A DNA stretch of 63,023 nucleotides, the filler included, from Octopus bimaculoides (lineage: Eukaryota), in NCBI RefSeq assembly GCF_001194135.2. It is 7 parts of 7 records of this genome, joined end to end, with 100 filler letters (N's around TTAATTAATTAA, not from the genome) between each part and the next. Parts side by side here need not be neighbours in the genome. Positions count along the whole stretch, not along the records: positions 34,752 to 42,635 come from NW_026333619.1; positions 42,736 to 52,753 come from NC_068998.1; 5 more parts are not named here. One strand, written 5' to 3'. Shown here piece after piece: positions 34,984 to 50,000 of the stretch. The notes beneath the pieces are model-generated. The model was not told the DNA's origin. It made no database searches and was given only the letters and a program-made list of their open reading frames with translations. The translations under genes and the position numbers were made by a program. Positions within the stretch are counted from its first letter, which is position 1; each line of letters opens with the position of its first letter.

Positions 34984-35070
34984 GACGGGCTTCTTTCAGT
35001 TTCTGTCTATCAAACACACTCGCAAGGCTTTGGTCGGCCAGAGGCTATAGTAGAAGACACTTGCCCAAGG
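34752..35070 (-). mobile_element. Family A SINE with CpGs largely retained
   Basis: Same consensus as the other family A copies. Confidence 0.85.
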
Positions 35071-35719
35071 TGAGGGACACCGTATTTCATTTTGCAATCC
35101 CAATATACTAACAATGATATTAAACGTTTTTAAGTCAATACTGACTGCTACTTTGTGTTAGCAGTGCGATGTTCTCATTTTTTTAGATTATCTTTTCAAA
35201 TTTTCTGCAGAATTTAGAGCCAACAGTGAAATTACGACGTCTCGTATATTTTATATACCCTATGCACATAAACACATACACACACATACACACACATACA
35301 CGCATCTACACACATATATACACAGGCATTTTATTTAAACAGGCCGCCGTACGCTGGTATTGTGTACTTTTCTAGACCGTTCCTGAACGGATAAATGTGC
35401 GACACACGCATAAATATATACAGATAAATCTCTACACCTATTTGCATGAGCGTGTGTGAGTGTATGTGTGCGTGTGTTTATAATGTTACCATCTTTTATA
35501 ATCTAATCGCCGTCGTAGAAGAAAGAAACAGAAAACAACAGAAAAAATGGTTGCGGAACAAACGCTTTATTAAATATTGTTTTATGAGTAACATTGGAAC
35601 GTTTCTTTGATTCATCGCTCAATCTATTTCTTTCAATGAAATATTTATTTATCTGGCTTCTGATTTCTTGCTCGTCGTCGTCGTCGTCATCATCTTGTTC
35701 TTGTTCTTGTTGTTGCTAC

Positions 35720-35927
35720 TCTTCTTCTTCTTCTTCTTCTTCTTCTTCTTCTTCTTCTTCTTCTTCTTCTTCTTCTTCTTCTTCTTCTTCTTCTTCTTCT
35801 TCTTCTTCTTCTTCTTCTTCTTCTTCTTCTTCTTCTTCTTCTTCTTCTTCCCCCTCCTTGCTTTTCTTTTTTCTTCATCTTCTTGCTCTTGTTCTACTAT
35901 CTGGAAATGCTCCCGCTGCTGCTGCTG

Positions 35928-35981
<54 letters not shown>

Positions 35982-35995
35982 GTACTACTACTACT
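35720..35995. repeat. (TTC)n and (TAC)n trinucleotide microsatellites
   Basis: Directly visible; source of the poly-S/F/R/T/Y ORFs. Confidence 0.95.
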
Positions 35996-36272
35996 ACGTT
36001 GTCTTCATCGTTAACTCTGTTACCACTACAAATCCATCTCCATCACCACTACCACCATTGGCANNNNNNNNNNNNNNNNNNNNNNNNNNNNNNNNNNNNN
36101 NNNNNNNNNNNNNNNNNNNNNNNNNNNNNNNNNNNNNNNNNNNNNNNNNNNNNNNNNNNNNNNNNNNNNNNNNNNNNNNNNNNNNNNNNNNNNNNNNNNN
36201 NNNNNNNNNNNNNNNNNNNNNNNNNNNNNNNNNNNNNNNNNNNNNNNNNNNNNNNNNNNNNNNNNACACACT

Positions 36273-36305
<33 letters not shown>

Positions 36306-36398
36306 AGCCATCTCTGTCGCCCTTTCGATATATATTTATATTTATATGCATATATGTTTATTCATATTTATGTACACACACATACACACATATGTATG

Positions 36399-36445
<47 letters not shown>

Positions 36446-36633
36446 GTATGTATATATATAATATATATATGCATGTATATGTATGTAAAATAATATAAGT
36501 ATATATAAATATATATATATATATAAGTATATATATATATACTTATATTATTATACATACATATATATATGTATATGCATATATATACATATATATACAT
36601 ACATGTGTGTGTATGCATAATATATATATATAT

Positions 36634-36677
<44 letters not shown>

Positions 36678-38988
36678 ATGTATGTCTGGCGTGCTGGAAG
36701 CCCACGATGAGGGAGGCACCTCTCAGCTTTTGTTGAAGCATGTCTCTAAGAGAAGGTCACTCTGATATAAAACCAGATATGCAAGGAATGGCATTGGACA
36801 TTTTGGGAATCTTTGGTTTGTGCTAGAAGTCATGGCGCTCCCACATCCCTGAGTCTGCGACTCATATTGGCACCAGACGTCTTGCTCTGGCTTGTCTCTA
36901 TATAATGTCAATAAAGTGGATAGGGTCTTTGAGGTGTTGTGCAAGCATTATTGGACCTAAAACTCTGCACAGGCATTGCTGACCTCTGCTCGATATGTGG
37001 TGCTTTTTGTTTTTTTTCTATATCCTAGAGCACATAATGTCCCTGAAGGTCAGCAATGGTCTTCCTTGGGCACGATTGGACGGCCATCATACCAATGTAT
37101 ATAAAACAAAGGATGTCTGTGTGTGTGTGTGTGTGTGTGTGTAGTACGTATGCATTTCTACAGTTTTCAACCGATTTTCACCAAACTTTACACACACATT
37201 ATTTATGTGTCAAAGGTGGTCATGCACTACAACATTTTGACCAGAGCTCTGGTGTAAAGCGAGGAACCGGGTAAAACGGTTTTTTATACAGGTTTTTCTC
37301 TAAAAAGTTTTGCAGTTTTGTAACCGATTCTCTCACTTTTCTCTCTCTGTTTATTTCTCTCTCTCTCTCTTTTTCGCATTCTCTGTTTCTTTTGCGGACA
37401 CATTCTCTCTCACCCTCTATAATAGTTCCCCTCTTTTAGTCTATGTCTGTTTCCGTCACTCTCTCTCCCCCTCTCTCTCTTCAACTCTCTCACACACTGA
37501 CTTCTGTCTACAAATTGGTTTCCGTGTAATTCAATTAGTCGTGCTTAAAAATCTCTGTTGTTACGGCTTTTGTACGTTCTCTCTGAAAAATAATTTAATC
37601 ATTTGTAATTTTTGTTCACCCAGTGTGTTTTGCTACATCTACTTAAAAATTGACTCGAGTGTATTTCAATTTTGTTGTGCCTAAATATCTTTGTTTTTAC
37701 GGTATTTGTACGTTCTCCCTACAACGTTACTTATTTTAGATTTTTTGCGCTTCGTCAATTTAAACACACTATTTACATTTCTTCCTTTATTGAAAAACGT
37801 TACGCGTGTGGTTGTGAATGCGTGCGTATGCCCACTAAGGGTCATATATATGTGTCATATAAGCCTTTATTACTGACCAATGAGATTTCAACGACGTCAC
37901 TGAGCGGTCATGCGTTAGAAAAAGCTATCCTAAAGCGGCTCAATTCTCTTCACTCAAGCTATTTTCTTCTAAAGCTTTTAAACGCTCAAACGGGGTTTGT
38001 AAGTTCTGTCTACAGATTGACTTCCTTATGTGTGTGTGTATGTATATATATATATATATANNNNNNNNNNNNNNNNNNNNNNNNNNNNNNNNNNNNNNNN
38101 NNNNNNNNNNNNNNNNNNNNNNNNNNNNNNNNNNNNNNNNNNNNNNNNNNNNNNNNNNNNNNNNNNNNNNNNNNNNNNNNNNNNNNNNNNNNNNNNNNNN
38201 NNNNNNNNNNNNNNNNNNNNNNNNNNNNNNNNNNNNNNNNNNNNNNNNNNNNNNNNNNNNNNNNNNNNNNNNNNNNNNNNNNNNNNNNNNNNNNNNNNNN
38301 NNNNNNNNNNNNNNNNNNNNNNNNNNNNNNNNNNNNNNNNNNNNNNNNNNNNNNNNNNNNNNNNNNNNNNNNNNNNNNNNNNNNNNNNNNNNNNNNNNNN
38401 NNNNNNNNNNNNNNNNNNNNNNNNNNNNNNNNNNNNNNNNNNNNNNNNNNNNNNNNNNNNNNNNNNNNNNNNNNNNNNNNNNNNNNNNNNNNNNNNNNNN
38501 NNNNNNNNNNNNNNNNNNNNNNNNNNNNNNNNNNNNNNNNNNNNNNNNNNNNNNNNNNNNNNNNNNNNNNNNNNNNNNNNNNNNNNNNNNNNNNNNNNNN
38601 NNNNNNNNNNNNNNNNNNNNNNNNNNNNNNNNNNNNNNNNNNNNNNNNNNNNNNNNNNNNNNNNNNNNNNNNNNNNNNNNNNNNNNNNNNNNNNNNNNNN
38701 NNNNNNNNNNNNNNNNNNNNNNNNNNNNNNNNNNNNNNNNNNNNNNNNNNNNNNNNNNNNNNNNNNNNNNNNNNNNNNNNNNNNNNNNNNNNNNNNNNNN
38801 NNNNNNNNNNNNNNNNNNNNNNNNNNNNNNNNNNNNNNNNNNNNNNNNNNNNNNNNNNNNNNNNNNNNNNNNNNNNNNNNNNNNNNNNNNNNNNNNNNNN
38901 NNNNNNNNNNNNNNNNNNNNNNNNNNNNNNNNNNNNNNNNNNNNNNNNNNNNNNNNNNNNNNNNNNNNNNNNNNNNNNNNNNNNNNNN

Positions 38989-39026
<38 letters not shown>

Positions 39027-39329
39027 GCTTATGTATATATATATACACACACATACATACATATATATGTATGTATATAAACATAAACGCATATACATAC
39101 ATATATATATATTCATTTGTAAGTATACAGATTTATATAAATACATATGTATACATATATACATATGTATTCATATATATTTATATATCTGTATATGCAG
39201 ATATATAAATATATACATATGTATATATATATATATATATGTATTCATATATATACATATGTACATATATGTATTCATATATATTTATATATCTGTATAT
39301 GCATATATCTGTTTTTATCGATGTCCATC

Positions 39330-39625
39330 TGTCTCTCTCTATCTCTCAAATACGGTGATGGTGATGAAATTGACGAGCAAGTGGTTGGTTACTCCACCGA
39401 CACACATACACCCTTAACATAAATTTCAGAAAGTCTCAACGTGACACAGAATGTGAAAAAGCTGGTCCTTTCAATTACAGGTACAATATCTCAGTTTTGC
39501 CAGCTGAATTGAGTGGAATAACGTGAAATAAAGTGAAATAAAGTGTCTTACTCAAGGACAGAACGTGCGCCGGGAATCGACCTTACGACCGTGAAACTGA
39601 ATACCCTAACCACTAAGCCATATAC
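39330..39625 (-). mobile_element. tRNA-derived SINE with CORE-like segment
   Basis: Minus strand tggcttagtggttagggtattcag..gattcccggcgcacgttctgtccttgagtaagacactttatttcac. Confidence 0.65.
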
Positions 39626-40064
39626 TCTCAGTTTTATATATATACACATACACGCATAAACATACAATCATACGTAAAGGGAAGGTGAAAAAAAGTACTT
39701 TTTCCCAATTAAATTGTGAGGTGGTAGCTGACTGAGACAAAAATGGTTACGGTGAATGAACCTAAGATAAATATGCGCCTGGACATTAGGTACGATGTTC
39801 AACGAGCGCATATTCGTTTTCTTAACCCATTTGAATGGGGGTATTCTTACCCGAAATATTTTGTGACTTATTAAATATTCCTAAAGTAACAACTGCCCTA
39901 GTAAGAAATATTGTTGGGGAACCTAGATCTGTGGAGAGTTCCATTAATTGGCTTAATTCCAAGACCCTTCTGTAGCAGATGGATTGCATTATGGATGCCT
40001 TCACATATTTTTTGTATTATGTATATTTTCATCTCATCCTCTTTCTCCCGACATTTCTCCTAAT

Positions 40065-40231
40065 ATTACGTTCTGAGTTCAAATGCAGCCAGGGTCAACT
40101 TGGCTTTTTATCCTTTCCAGATTGTTAAAATATGTACCAGATTAACACTGAGGTCGAAAGAATCGGCTTATCCCCTGTCCCGAAACTGCTGGCTTTATAC
40201 CAAAATTTAAAATACCCCTCCTCCTACTCCT

Positions 40232-40292
<61 letters not shown>
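40065..40292 (+). mobile_element. Partial family C SINE ending in (CTA)n
   Basis: ttacgttctgagttcaaat..tttatcctttccagattgttaaaatatgtaccag; (CTA)n at about 40233-40292. Confidence 0.65.
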
Positions 40293-40293
<1 letters not shown>

Positions 40294-40939
40294 TGTGGTT
40301 AATCAATACTTTAATTTTGAAAGAAAATTTTATGTACATAAACATGAATACATACGTAGCATGTATAGATATGCGTATATATATTTACGTGTGTGTATAT
40401 ATATATATATTATATATATGCATGTATATTTATCCATCACAAATGTAAGGGTGCATATTTAAGTGTGTATGCAATTGTATATGTGTGTATATGCACACAC
40501 ACACACAAACACACATACACACATATATATATGCATATGCTTACATATATATCTGTATCTATATCAACATTCATATATATATATATATATGTGTGTGTAT
40601 GTGCGTGTATGTGTGCATACGTGTGTGTGTGTGTGTGAGTGTGTTGTGGTTGTATGTATGTGTATAGTATGTTATCTGATCACTAATTCATACTTGTACC
40701 AATCTACAAAGATACCGCATCATGAATAAATAATTTGAACAAAAATATGAAATGCAAAATGTTTAAAAAATAAATGGTTCCATTTCACTTCGGTTAACGT
40801 CAGTTTTTTGATGCCCTACACACATACACACATGTATACATATATGCACACACATATATTGACACACATAAATCTATATGAATACATATATTTTGTGTAT
40901 TCATATACACTCATACATGTGTTCATATATATAAATATA

Positions 40940-41556
<617 letters not shown>

Positions 41557-42821
41557 NNNNNNNNNNNNNNNNNNNNNNNNNNNNNNNNNNNNNNNNNNNN
41601 NNNNNNNNNNNNNNNNNNNNNNNNNNNNNNNNNNNNNNNNNNNNNNNNNNNNNNNNNNNNNNNNNNNNNNNNNNNNNNNNNNNNNNNNNNNNNNNNNNNN
41701 NNNNNACATAGTTATTGCATATATACACACACATACATAATTTATCATGGTGGTAACATTTCATCCGTTTAGCCACGCATAATAACCGATATATTCTCTT
41801 TCCTTTTTTTTATTATGAATTGCCAAAAAGTCACAGCAAATTTGTGTCAATCACAAGGTCGCAAACTTATGAAAGATTTCATAATAGACACCTGTTCTAC
41901 TAAGAGATATATGTATAAGAAATACGGTAGTCTTTACGTGTTGGAAGACGGCTAAAAATTACTCTCGAGAAGTATATGAACATGAAGTATAAGTACATGT
42001 AATATAGGGACATGAAGGATAGTATAGCATTCAACATCAAAACCATTGACTGTGATATCAATTATCTGCTATCTTGATAGATTTAAATACAAACATACTA
42101 TCACCAATCTCTTTTAATAAGAATGGAAACAGCCGCAGTAGATACCTTTGTGACTTCTTACAGTCATCTTATATTAGAATGCCTGAGCGAATACCACTCA
42201 TTCTAGTAAACAGCCCCATGGAAAACAATAGACAGCTTGAAAATCTACATTACTACACTCATGAGATTTTACCCACCGCTCACACAGAAAGCTAGCTACA
42301 ATATTCGACGGACGTATATTCATTTTCTAAATCTATTTGAAAAGGGGTATTTTACCCGAAATATTGTGACTTATTATATATTTCTAAAAGTAAAATTTGA
42401 TAATCTTTGTTATTTTCATGACTAATTTTCAATGGTTCCAAGATGTTGTTATTCTATAATTCTATGACATATAATTCTATGACACATTGTTTCGATATAT
42501 ATTTGAAAACTTTACACTACAACACTATTTGTGTATGTGCGCGCGCGTATAGATAGATAGATACATACATTATATGCATATATATATATATCATTTATAA
42601 ATACGTGGATTTCTGTGTACAATATATGCTTACATNNNNNNNNNNNNNNNNNNNNNNNNNNNNNNNNNNNNNNNNNNNNTTAATTAATTAANNNNNNNNN
42701 NNNNNNNNNNNNNNNNNNNNNNNNNNNNNNNNNNNGGCGAAAATGAGGGCGCTATTTAGGACTACTGGGTTTATAGATGCATAGTAGTTTTGAATATATA
42801 TATATATATACACACACATAT

Positions 42822-44446
42822 ATCATCATCATCATCATCATCATCATTGTTTAACATCCGCTTTCCATGCTGGCATGGGTTGGACAGTTTGACTGGGGAC
42901 TAGTGAGCCAGATGGCTGTACCAGGCTCCAATCTGATCTGGCAGAGTTTCTACAGCTGGATGCCCTTCTTAACGCCAACCACTCCGAGAGTGTAGTGGGT
43001 GCTTTTACGTGTCACCAGCATGAGGGCCATTCAGGCAGTACTGGAAACGATCACGCTCGAATGGTGCTCTTAGCACTCCACTAGCATGGATGCCAGTCAT
43101 GCAGTGCTGTCATTGAATTCGATTCCGATTTCAGTTACCTCAACATATTTTCACAAGCATAGTTTAGTGTCCAAAGAAAGAAGGTATGCCTAAATGGGCT
43201 GGTTACACCACCGGCATAGGCCACAGGTTATGGTCTCACTTGGCTTGCCGGGTCTTCTCACTCACTGCATTTTTCCAAAAGTCTCGGTCACTAGTCATTG
43301 CCTCGGTGAGGCCTAATGTTCGAAGGTCGTGCTTCAGCACCTCATCTCAGGTCTTCCTTGGTCTACCTCTTCCACAGTTTCCCTCAACCAAAAGGGGTGA
43401 TACTTTTTCACACAGCTATCCTTATCCATTCATACCACATGACCATACCAGCGCAGGCGTCTCTCTTGCACACCACATCTGATGCTTCTTAGGTCCAACT
43501 TTTCTCTCAAGGCACTTATACTCTGTCTAGTATGCACACTGACATTACACATCCAGTGGAGCATACTGGCTTTGTTCTTTGCGAGCTTACGCATGTCCTC
43601 AGCAGTCACGGCCCATGTTTCATTGCCATGTAGCATGGCTGTTCGTACACAAGCATCATACAGTCTGCCTTTTACTCCGAATGAGAAGCCCTTTGTCACA
43701 AGTAGAAGTAGGAGCTCTCTGAACTTTGCCAAAGCTAGTCTTATTCTAGCAGCTACACTTTTCAGAGCACCCACCCCCGCTACTAACTTAGGTCACCTAG
43801 GTAACGAAAGCTATCAACTACTTCTAGTTTTTTCCCTGGAATGTGCCGAAAGTTGATCTCTGCACATTTTCAGTGTTTATTGCTCCTGAGCATCTGCCAC
43901 ATACATAAACTATTTTCCTAGTTAGCCTTCCTTTGATATTGCTGCACCTCTTATGTGTCCATAGCTTACACTGAGTACATTCTAGGTCTGATAGTGACTC
44001 AGCAATTAGAGCAAGGTCATCAGTAGAGAGGAGCTCCCAGCGGCATCCTGTCTTGAATTCCTGTGTTATTGCCTGGAGGACTATGATGAATAGGAGGGGG
44101 CTGAGGACTGAACCTTGGTGGACCCCTACCTCCACCCGGAATTTTTCACTGTATTCATTGCCAACCCTCACCTTACTGACAGCGTCCCTGTAAATGGAAC
44201 GCACAGCTCTCACTAACCATTCATCTATCCTTAGTTTCCTCATTGACTACCAGATAAAGGATCGGGGCACCCTGTCAAAGGCTTTCTCCATGTCAACAAA
44301 AGCCAGGTATAGAGGTTTATCTTTGGCTAGGTATTTCTCCTGCAGATGTCTCACCAGAAATATAGCATCAGTGGTGCTTTTCCCTGGCACGAACCCAAAC
44401 TGCATCTCATCTAAACTGACTCGCTCCCTAATTAGTTGGGCTAGAT
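42822..44446 (-). mobile_element. 5'-truncated RTE LINE (RT to 3' UTR to (GAT)n), with internal deletions
   Basis: EMQFGFVPGKSTTDAIFLVRHLQEKYL..FVDMEKAFDRVPR..GVHQGSVLSPLLF..ELLSTDDL..LHGNETWAV. Tail at 42822-42846. Confidence 0.92.
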
Positions 44447-45060
44447 AGAGGCATAAAAATCGAAAATATCGAACTGTGTGAATCTCGCTTTATTCTTATT
44501 CTTAATAGCTTTAAACCAGTCAACGACTTCTATACTATTGGACCATTGTACTAACCTAGTGGCATTCCTGATTTTCACATTGATTTTTCTCTAAAATTTT
44601 TTTACTAATAATGCCAATTTCTGATTTAGCTGGGTTAATAAGCCTACACTTAGGATTAGATAGGAAGTTCTTTTTATGGTCTTTGATAGTTATAAAGGCC
44701 TCCTTTTTGGGGAGGACCCCTATTTTTTTTTGTCTAATTTAAGTCTGGCAGCGATATTGCTAGCTTCTTTATTAATTTCGTTATAGGTTTGTGCTCCTAG
44801 CCTTGGTGTAATTACTGATGATGCTGTTGCGTAGAAGTCGTGAGTATGTGCTGTTTTCTACTAGGTATAAGTTCTTGGTTTTATAGGAAAAAAGTGCATT
44901 TTTTTGGAACTTTTTATGTAATTGATATCTTTTTTCAGTTACTGTTGGAAAGTGTTAAAAGACTTACGAAATTTTATTTTGTTCATGAGCTTCAGTAGGT
45001 CCACTTCAAAGTTTTCTAAGCCTTTGATTTTTAGAGGGAATTTCTTAGATTTAATATCAT
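44447..45060 (-). mobile_element. Penelope-like element RT N-terminal fragment
   Basis: With one frameshift: AFITIKDHKKNFLSNPKCRLINPAKSEIGIISKKILEK/INVKIRN..QWSNSIEVVDWFKAI..FTQFDIFDFYASI. KDHK..CRLINP.KSEIG and FDIxDFYxSI are recalled from invertebrate PLE RTs. Confidence 0.8.
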
Positions 45061-46622
45061 AGAATGTATTCTCTGTAATGTCGTATATAGACGTGTGTGC
45101 GTGCATGCGAGAATGTGCGTATATAGACGTGTTTTGCCCTTATAACTTTTTCACACTTTTTTCTATATTTTGCCTTTAGCCCTGTTTTTTCTTGGGCATG
45201 TGCATATATAGACGTGTGTATGAACCCTTTTTGCGTGTGTGTATGGGTGCGAGTGTGTTGCGCGCGTATGTTTGTGAGCATGTATGCAGGTATATATATA
45301 TATATATATNNNNNNNNNNNNNNNNNNNNNNNNNNNNNNNNNNNNNNNNNNNNNNNNNNNNNNNNNNNNNNNNNNNNNNNNNNNNNNNNNNNNNNNNNNN
45401 NNNNNNNNNNNNNNNNNNNNNNNNNNNNNNNNNNNNNNNNNNNNNNNNNNNNNNNNNNNNNNNNNNNNNNNNNNNNNNNNNNNNNNNNNNNNNNNNNNNN
45501 NNNNNNNNNNNNNNNNNNNNNNNNNNNNNNNNNNNNNNNNNNNNNNNNNNNNNNNNNNNNNNNNNNNNNNNNNNNNNNNNNNNNNNNNNNNNNNNNNNNN
45601 NNNNNNNNNNNNNNNNNNACTTCCGGTATTGACGTAGCGTGCATGTAGTATTTACTCTCTCTCTCTCTTTCATACACACGCACACACACACACAAAGATC
45701 TATGCATATTTATGCATGTACGTATACATGACCTCTCTCTCTCTCTCACTCTCTCTCTCTCTGTCACACACACACACACACGTCCACTTCATCTGATGTG
45801 TGATACTGTGTGTGTGTGTNNNNNNNNNNNNNNNNNNNNNNNNNNNNNNNNNNNNNNNNNNNNNNNNNNNNNNNNNNNNNNNNNNNNNNNNNNNNNNNNN
45901 NNNNNNNNNNNNNNNNNNNACAGGCAACATATCCGGCAAGAAGAACTACGAAAGATTCCATTGAGTAAATATCTAGAAATATGTGGAGACGGAAAGTTCA
46001 AAATCTTTCTCTTTTACAAATGTACACGGGATGAATCTGCAATACCGAAAGGCAATGGAACTACACTTCATAAAAAGATTCTCTCTGAAATTTAATGTTT
46101 GAAAGAGAAAAAGAAAAGCAAAGAGTACTTTTTGTATGTATGTATATGTATAATGTATGGGTATGATATGATATATATATAGTTATTTCATTTTACTTAC
46201 TAATTGATTTTTCAAATTATTAATTTACAGATATACTAATGTATTCACATACAGAACTAGACCTTACCAAAAATAAATAAATAAATGTATGACAGGAATT
46301 TATTCTAAATATAACTCAAAGAATATAAAAAGAAAGGACAAGAAAACATTTTTTCGTTTTTTATTTCTTATTCTCTATTTTTTCTTTTTCTTTTCTTTCT
46401 TTTCTTACCATCCCTAGAAACCATTTCAAAACAATGGTGTAAGTAGTAAACAAGATTTTACTTTTATTTATTTATTTATTTATTTATTTTGACAATCCCT
46501 AAAAAGACCATTTCAATACAATGAAAAGTGGTGGATAGGAAAATGAATAGCCCTTCTCTCTTTCTTTTACCCTACCCATCTGTCTATCTGTCTGATGATC
46601 TGTCTATCTGTCTGATGATCTG

Positions 46623-46665
<43 letters not shown>

Positions 46666-47001
46666 GTCTATCCATCTTCCANNNNNNNNNNNNNNNNNNN
46701 NNNNNNNNNNNNNNNNNNNNNNNNNNNNNNNNNNNNNNNNNNNNNNNNNNNNNNNNNNNNNNNNNNNNNNNNNNNNNNNNNNNNNNNNNNNNNNNNNNNN
46801 NNNNNNNNNNNNNNNNNNNNNNNNNNNNNNNNNNNNNNNNNNNNNNNNNNNNNNNNNNNNNNNNNNNNNNNNNNNNNNNNNNNNNNNNNNNNNNNNNNNN
46901 NNNNNNNNNNNNNNNNNNNNNNNNNNNNNNNNNNNNNNNNNNNNNNNNNNNNNNNNNNNNNNNNNNNNNNNNNNNNNNNNNNNNNNNACACCTAACACTC
47001 T

Positions 47002-47036
<35 letters not shown>

Positions 47037-47064
47037 CATATATATTTGTATATATATACACATA

Positions 47065-50000
47065 TTTTTCTTTTTCTTTTTGTAGTTTCACTCAGAGCTG
47101 CCGTTTTGCTACACTGTTATTACTGAGCCTCCTCAGTGAAGAATGAAGTTTGATGTAGCTACCCTCATTTGCACCTCTTCCATGAAGTAAGTTCATCTGG
47201 TATTCTTGACAGGAAGAGGTCCAGTTATGATTTAAAAACATCTACATCCACTTTGTGTAGGTCCCTCAGACTCTTTGGGAGAATATTAAAAAGTTGTGGC
47301 CCGCTGAAACCCAAACTGTTGCAGTAACTGGTCCTGAAGCACGATGGCATTACTTCATATCTTTGGCACTGTGCAGTGTCGACCTGTTCTGGCATTGGTA
47401 TAGCTTTCAATGCCAAAATTTGGCACAATTCCTTCCAGAATCTTCCAGATGTATATTACTGCATAGCTCTCCCGCCTTCACTTCACAGACTAGAGTCTTA
47501 GCTGTTTCAGCCTTTCCCAGTAGCTGAGCTGTTGCAATGAGACGATCTTCTTTGTGAAGCTTTGCTGGATTGCTTCAAGGACTGCTGTTAATTTTACACT
47601 ATTGGGTGACCATAGCTGGGAGCAGTAATGCAGGTGGCTGAGGACGAATGTCCTCCAGAGGACCATCATGGTTTCCTTTTCTCTGTTCCTGAATGTTCTC
47701 AGGATCCATCCAGCCAGTCGTCTGCACTTTGTCACCATCCTGGTAATGTGCACTTGGAAAGAGGTATCATCACTCATGTCGATACCCAGGTCTCTCACTG
47801 ATTTAGGCTCTGGGATTGAAATTCTCTGCAGACCAGTGTACTCTGTAAGTTTCATATTCAGTTTAGGACGTTGGTAGCGCAGGGCTTGGAATTATTATCC
47901 TCAGCCCATCTGTAAATTGATTCCAACTACTGCTGCAGGTGTGCAACATTGCTGGTTTTCTGTATTTTCTGCGAGACTTTCATATTGTCTGTGTAGCTAG
48001 CAAGGGTGGCTATCCGGGCAGTTGAGGGCATATCTTAGAAGGCCACTATGAAAAGCAGTGGAACCAAGACAGTACTCTGTAGAGCACCGCTCACTATTTG
48101 TGTTTTCATTGAGATGGCTACATTGGCCACTACTGCTTAACTGCTATCTTTCAGAAAGTCATGAAACCACTCTCCAATTTTTCCAGCTATGCTGAGATCA
48201 TGCAGTTTGTGGCATATCATACCATGATCCACTTTATCAACAGCTTTTGCAAAATCAAAGTATATTACGTCCACATTTGAGTTGTAACTGTCTCAACACC
48301 CAGTCATAGTGCTATAAGAGCTAGGTCAGGCAGCTCCTACCTGGTCAAAAGCCATGCTGTCTCACTCAGCAAATTATTTTCTTCAAGGAATGCGATTAGT
48401 TTCCCTCTTACTATCCATTCCATGACTTTGCTGATGTATGAAGTCAGAGAGATAGGCTTATAGCTTTTGGCATCTGCTCTGCTTCCTCCTTTATGGATTG
48501 GGCATATTATTCCCTCATTCAGCTTGCTTGGCAGCCTGCCATTTCCAAGAAAGCACTGGAAGAGAATATGTAGATGTTTTGCCAGGGTACACTTACACGA
48601 TTTGAGGAGGATTGCTGGGAAACCATCAGGGCCAGCAGTTGAGTTTGTGTCCACCTCATCTATGGCTAGTAGTATATCTTCTTCACTAATGTCAACGTAT
48701 TCCATCGTAACTGCCTTGTTGGTTATAGGTGAGGCGCCAAAGAAATCCACTAGTTCGTTCACTTGTCTGTGTTCCAACAGGATGGTAAAGACAATTTTGA
48801 ACTGGTCATTGAGTACCTCACTGATCCTAGTTGGATTATCTGTGAGGGAGCCATCCTTTTCGAAGAGGGGTCCTATCTTGCAGTGTACTGAGGCTGTTTC
48901 TTTTGAATAATGAAAGAAGGCCTTTGGGTTTGACTTAATGTTGTTTATAACCCAGGCTTCTTTCTCTGCTCTCTCTCTCTCTCACATAGGATTGTTCAAT
49001 CTTCATCAGTGTCGTTTTTAGGTGGGATCTTTTGCTACTTTTGGAATGTTGGTTGAAGCGATTTGCAACCTTCATCCGTCGTCTCATGAGGATCCTCCTC
49101 TCCCTTGGAATCTTGTTCCTTTTTGTGTTAGCCTTGTGCTCTGGGACATATATCTGACATATGGTTTGCATAACAGACATGAAATATTCTAGTTTCATGT
49201 CAATGTCTGGTGTGGAGAGATATTTCGGCCAGTCATGTATGAGGATCTCATTTCGGATCGATTTCCAGTCTGCTTTGTGGAAGTTCAGATTGGAGAGATT
49301 TTGGGTGCTTCCTTTAGGCTGCATGTCTCTAGCTACTTTTGGCCCATACATAGACAGCTCTATTATGTTGTGATCTAAGACTAATGTCGGCGTCAATTTC
49401 ACATCATGAACGATGTTAATATTGTTTGTGAAGCACAGATCTAAAATGTTATTCACTCTAGTTGTTCTGAGTACAACTTGCCCCATGAATAGGGCATTGG
49501 AGAGGTTGAGTTTGCAATGAGTCATTCCTGAGAGCATGAGGCCTTTGGGCCATTTGACATTAGGGAAGTTGAATCCATTCATAAAAAATACACTCATGTG
49601 GTGTTCCAGTTTCATGAGGATTTCTTTAATTGTTGTGACGCAAACTTCAAGCTTGCCTATGTGGTTCGGAGCATCCAGTGGGTGATATGTATTGCATATG
49701 ACTATATTTTGTTGTCTTATGTATGCAATTAGAATTTCACATACTGAATTTGAGTATGACAGTAAGACCTGGGATGTGAGTTCATCATGGATGTATACAG
49801 CAACTCCACTGTGGCTCCTTTCCCTTCTGTCTGTTTGCAGTATTGTATATTTTGGTTCGTGTACTTCTGCATCCTCTATATCAGGGCTCAGATGAGTTTC
49901 CACAAGTGCTATGCATAGGGCTTGATTGCATGCATCAAGGTCTCTCAAGAAAAAAATTTGCTTTTGTTATGATGCAACAGGCCCCCAATATTTAGTAAAC

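Noticed and set aside
35594-36493. Poly-S/F/R/T and YI/HT/CV-repeat ORFs here and elsewhere
   Set aside because: Translations of microsatellites; no splice or homology support.
36690-37070. GC-richer segment with a hint of Gypsy integrase
   Set aside because: Resemblance requires several frame switches; left unassigned.
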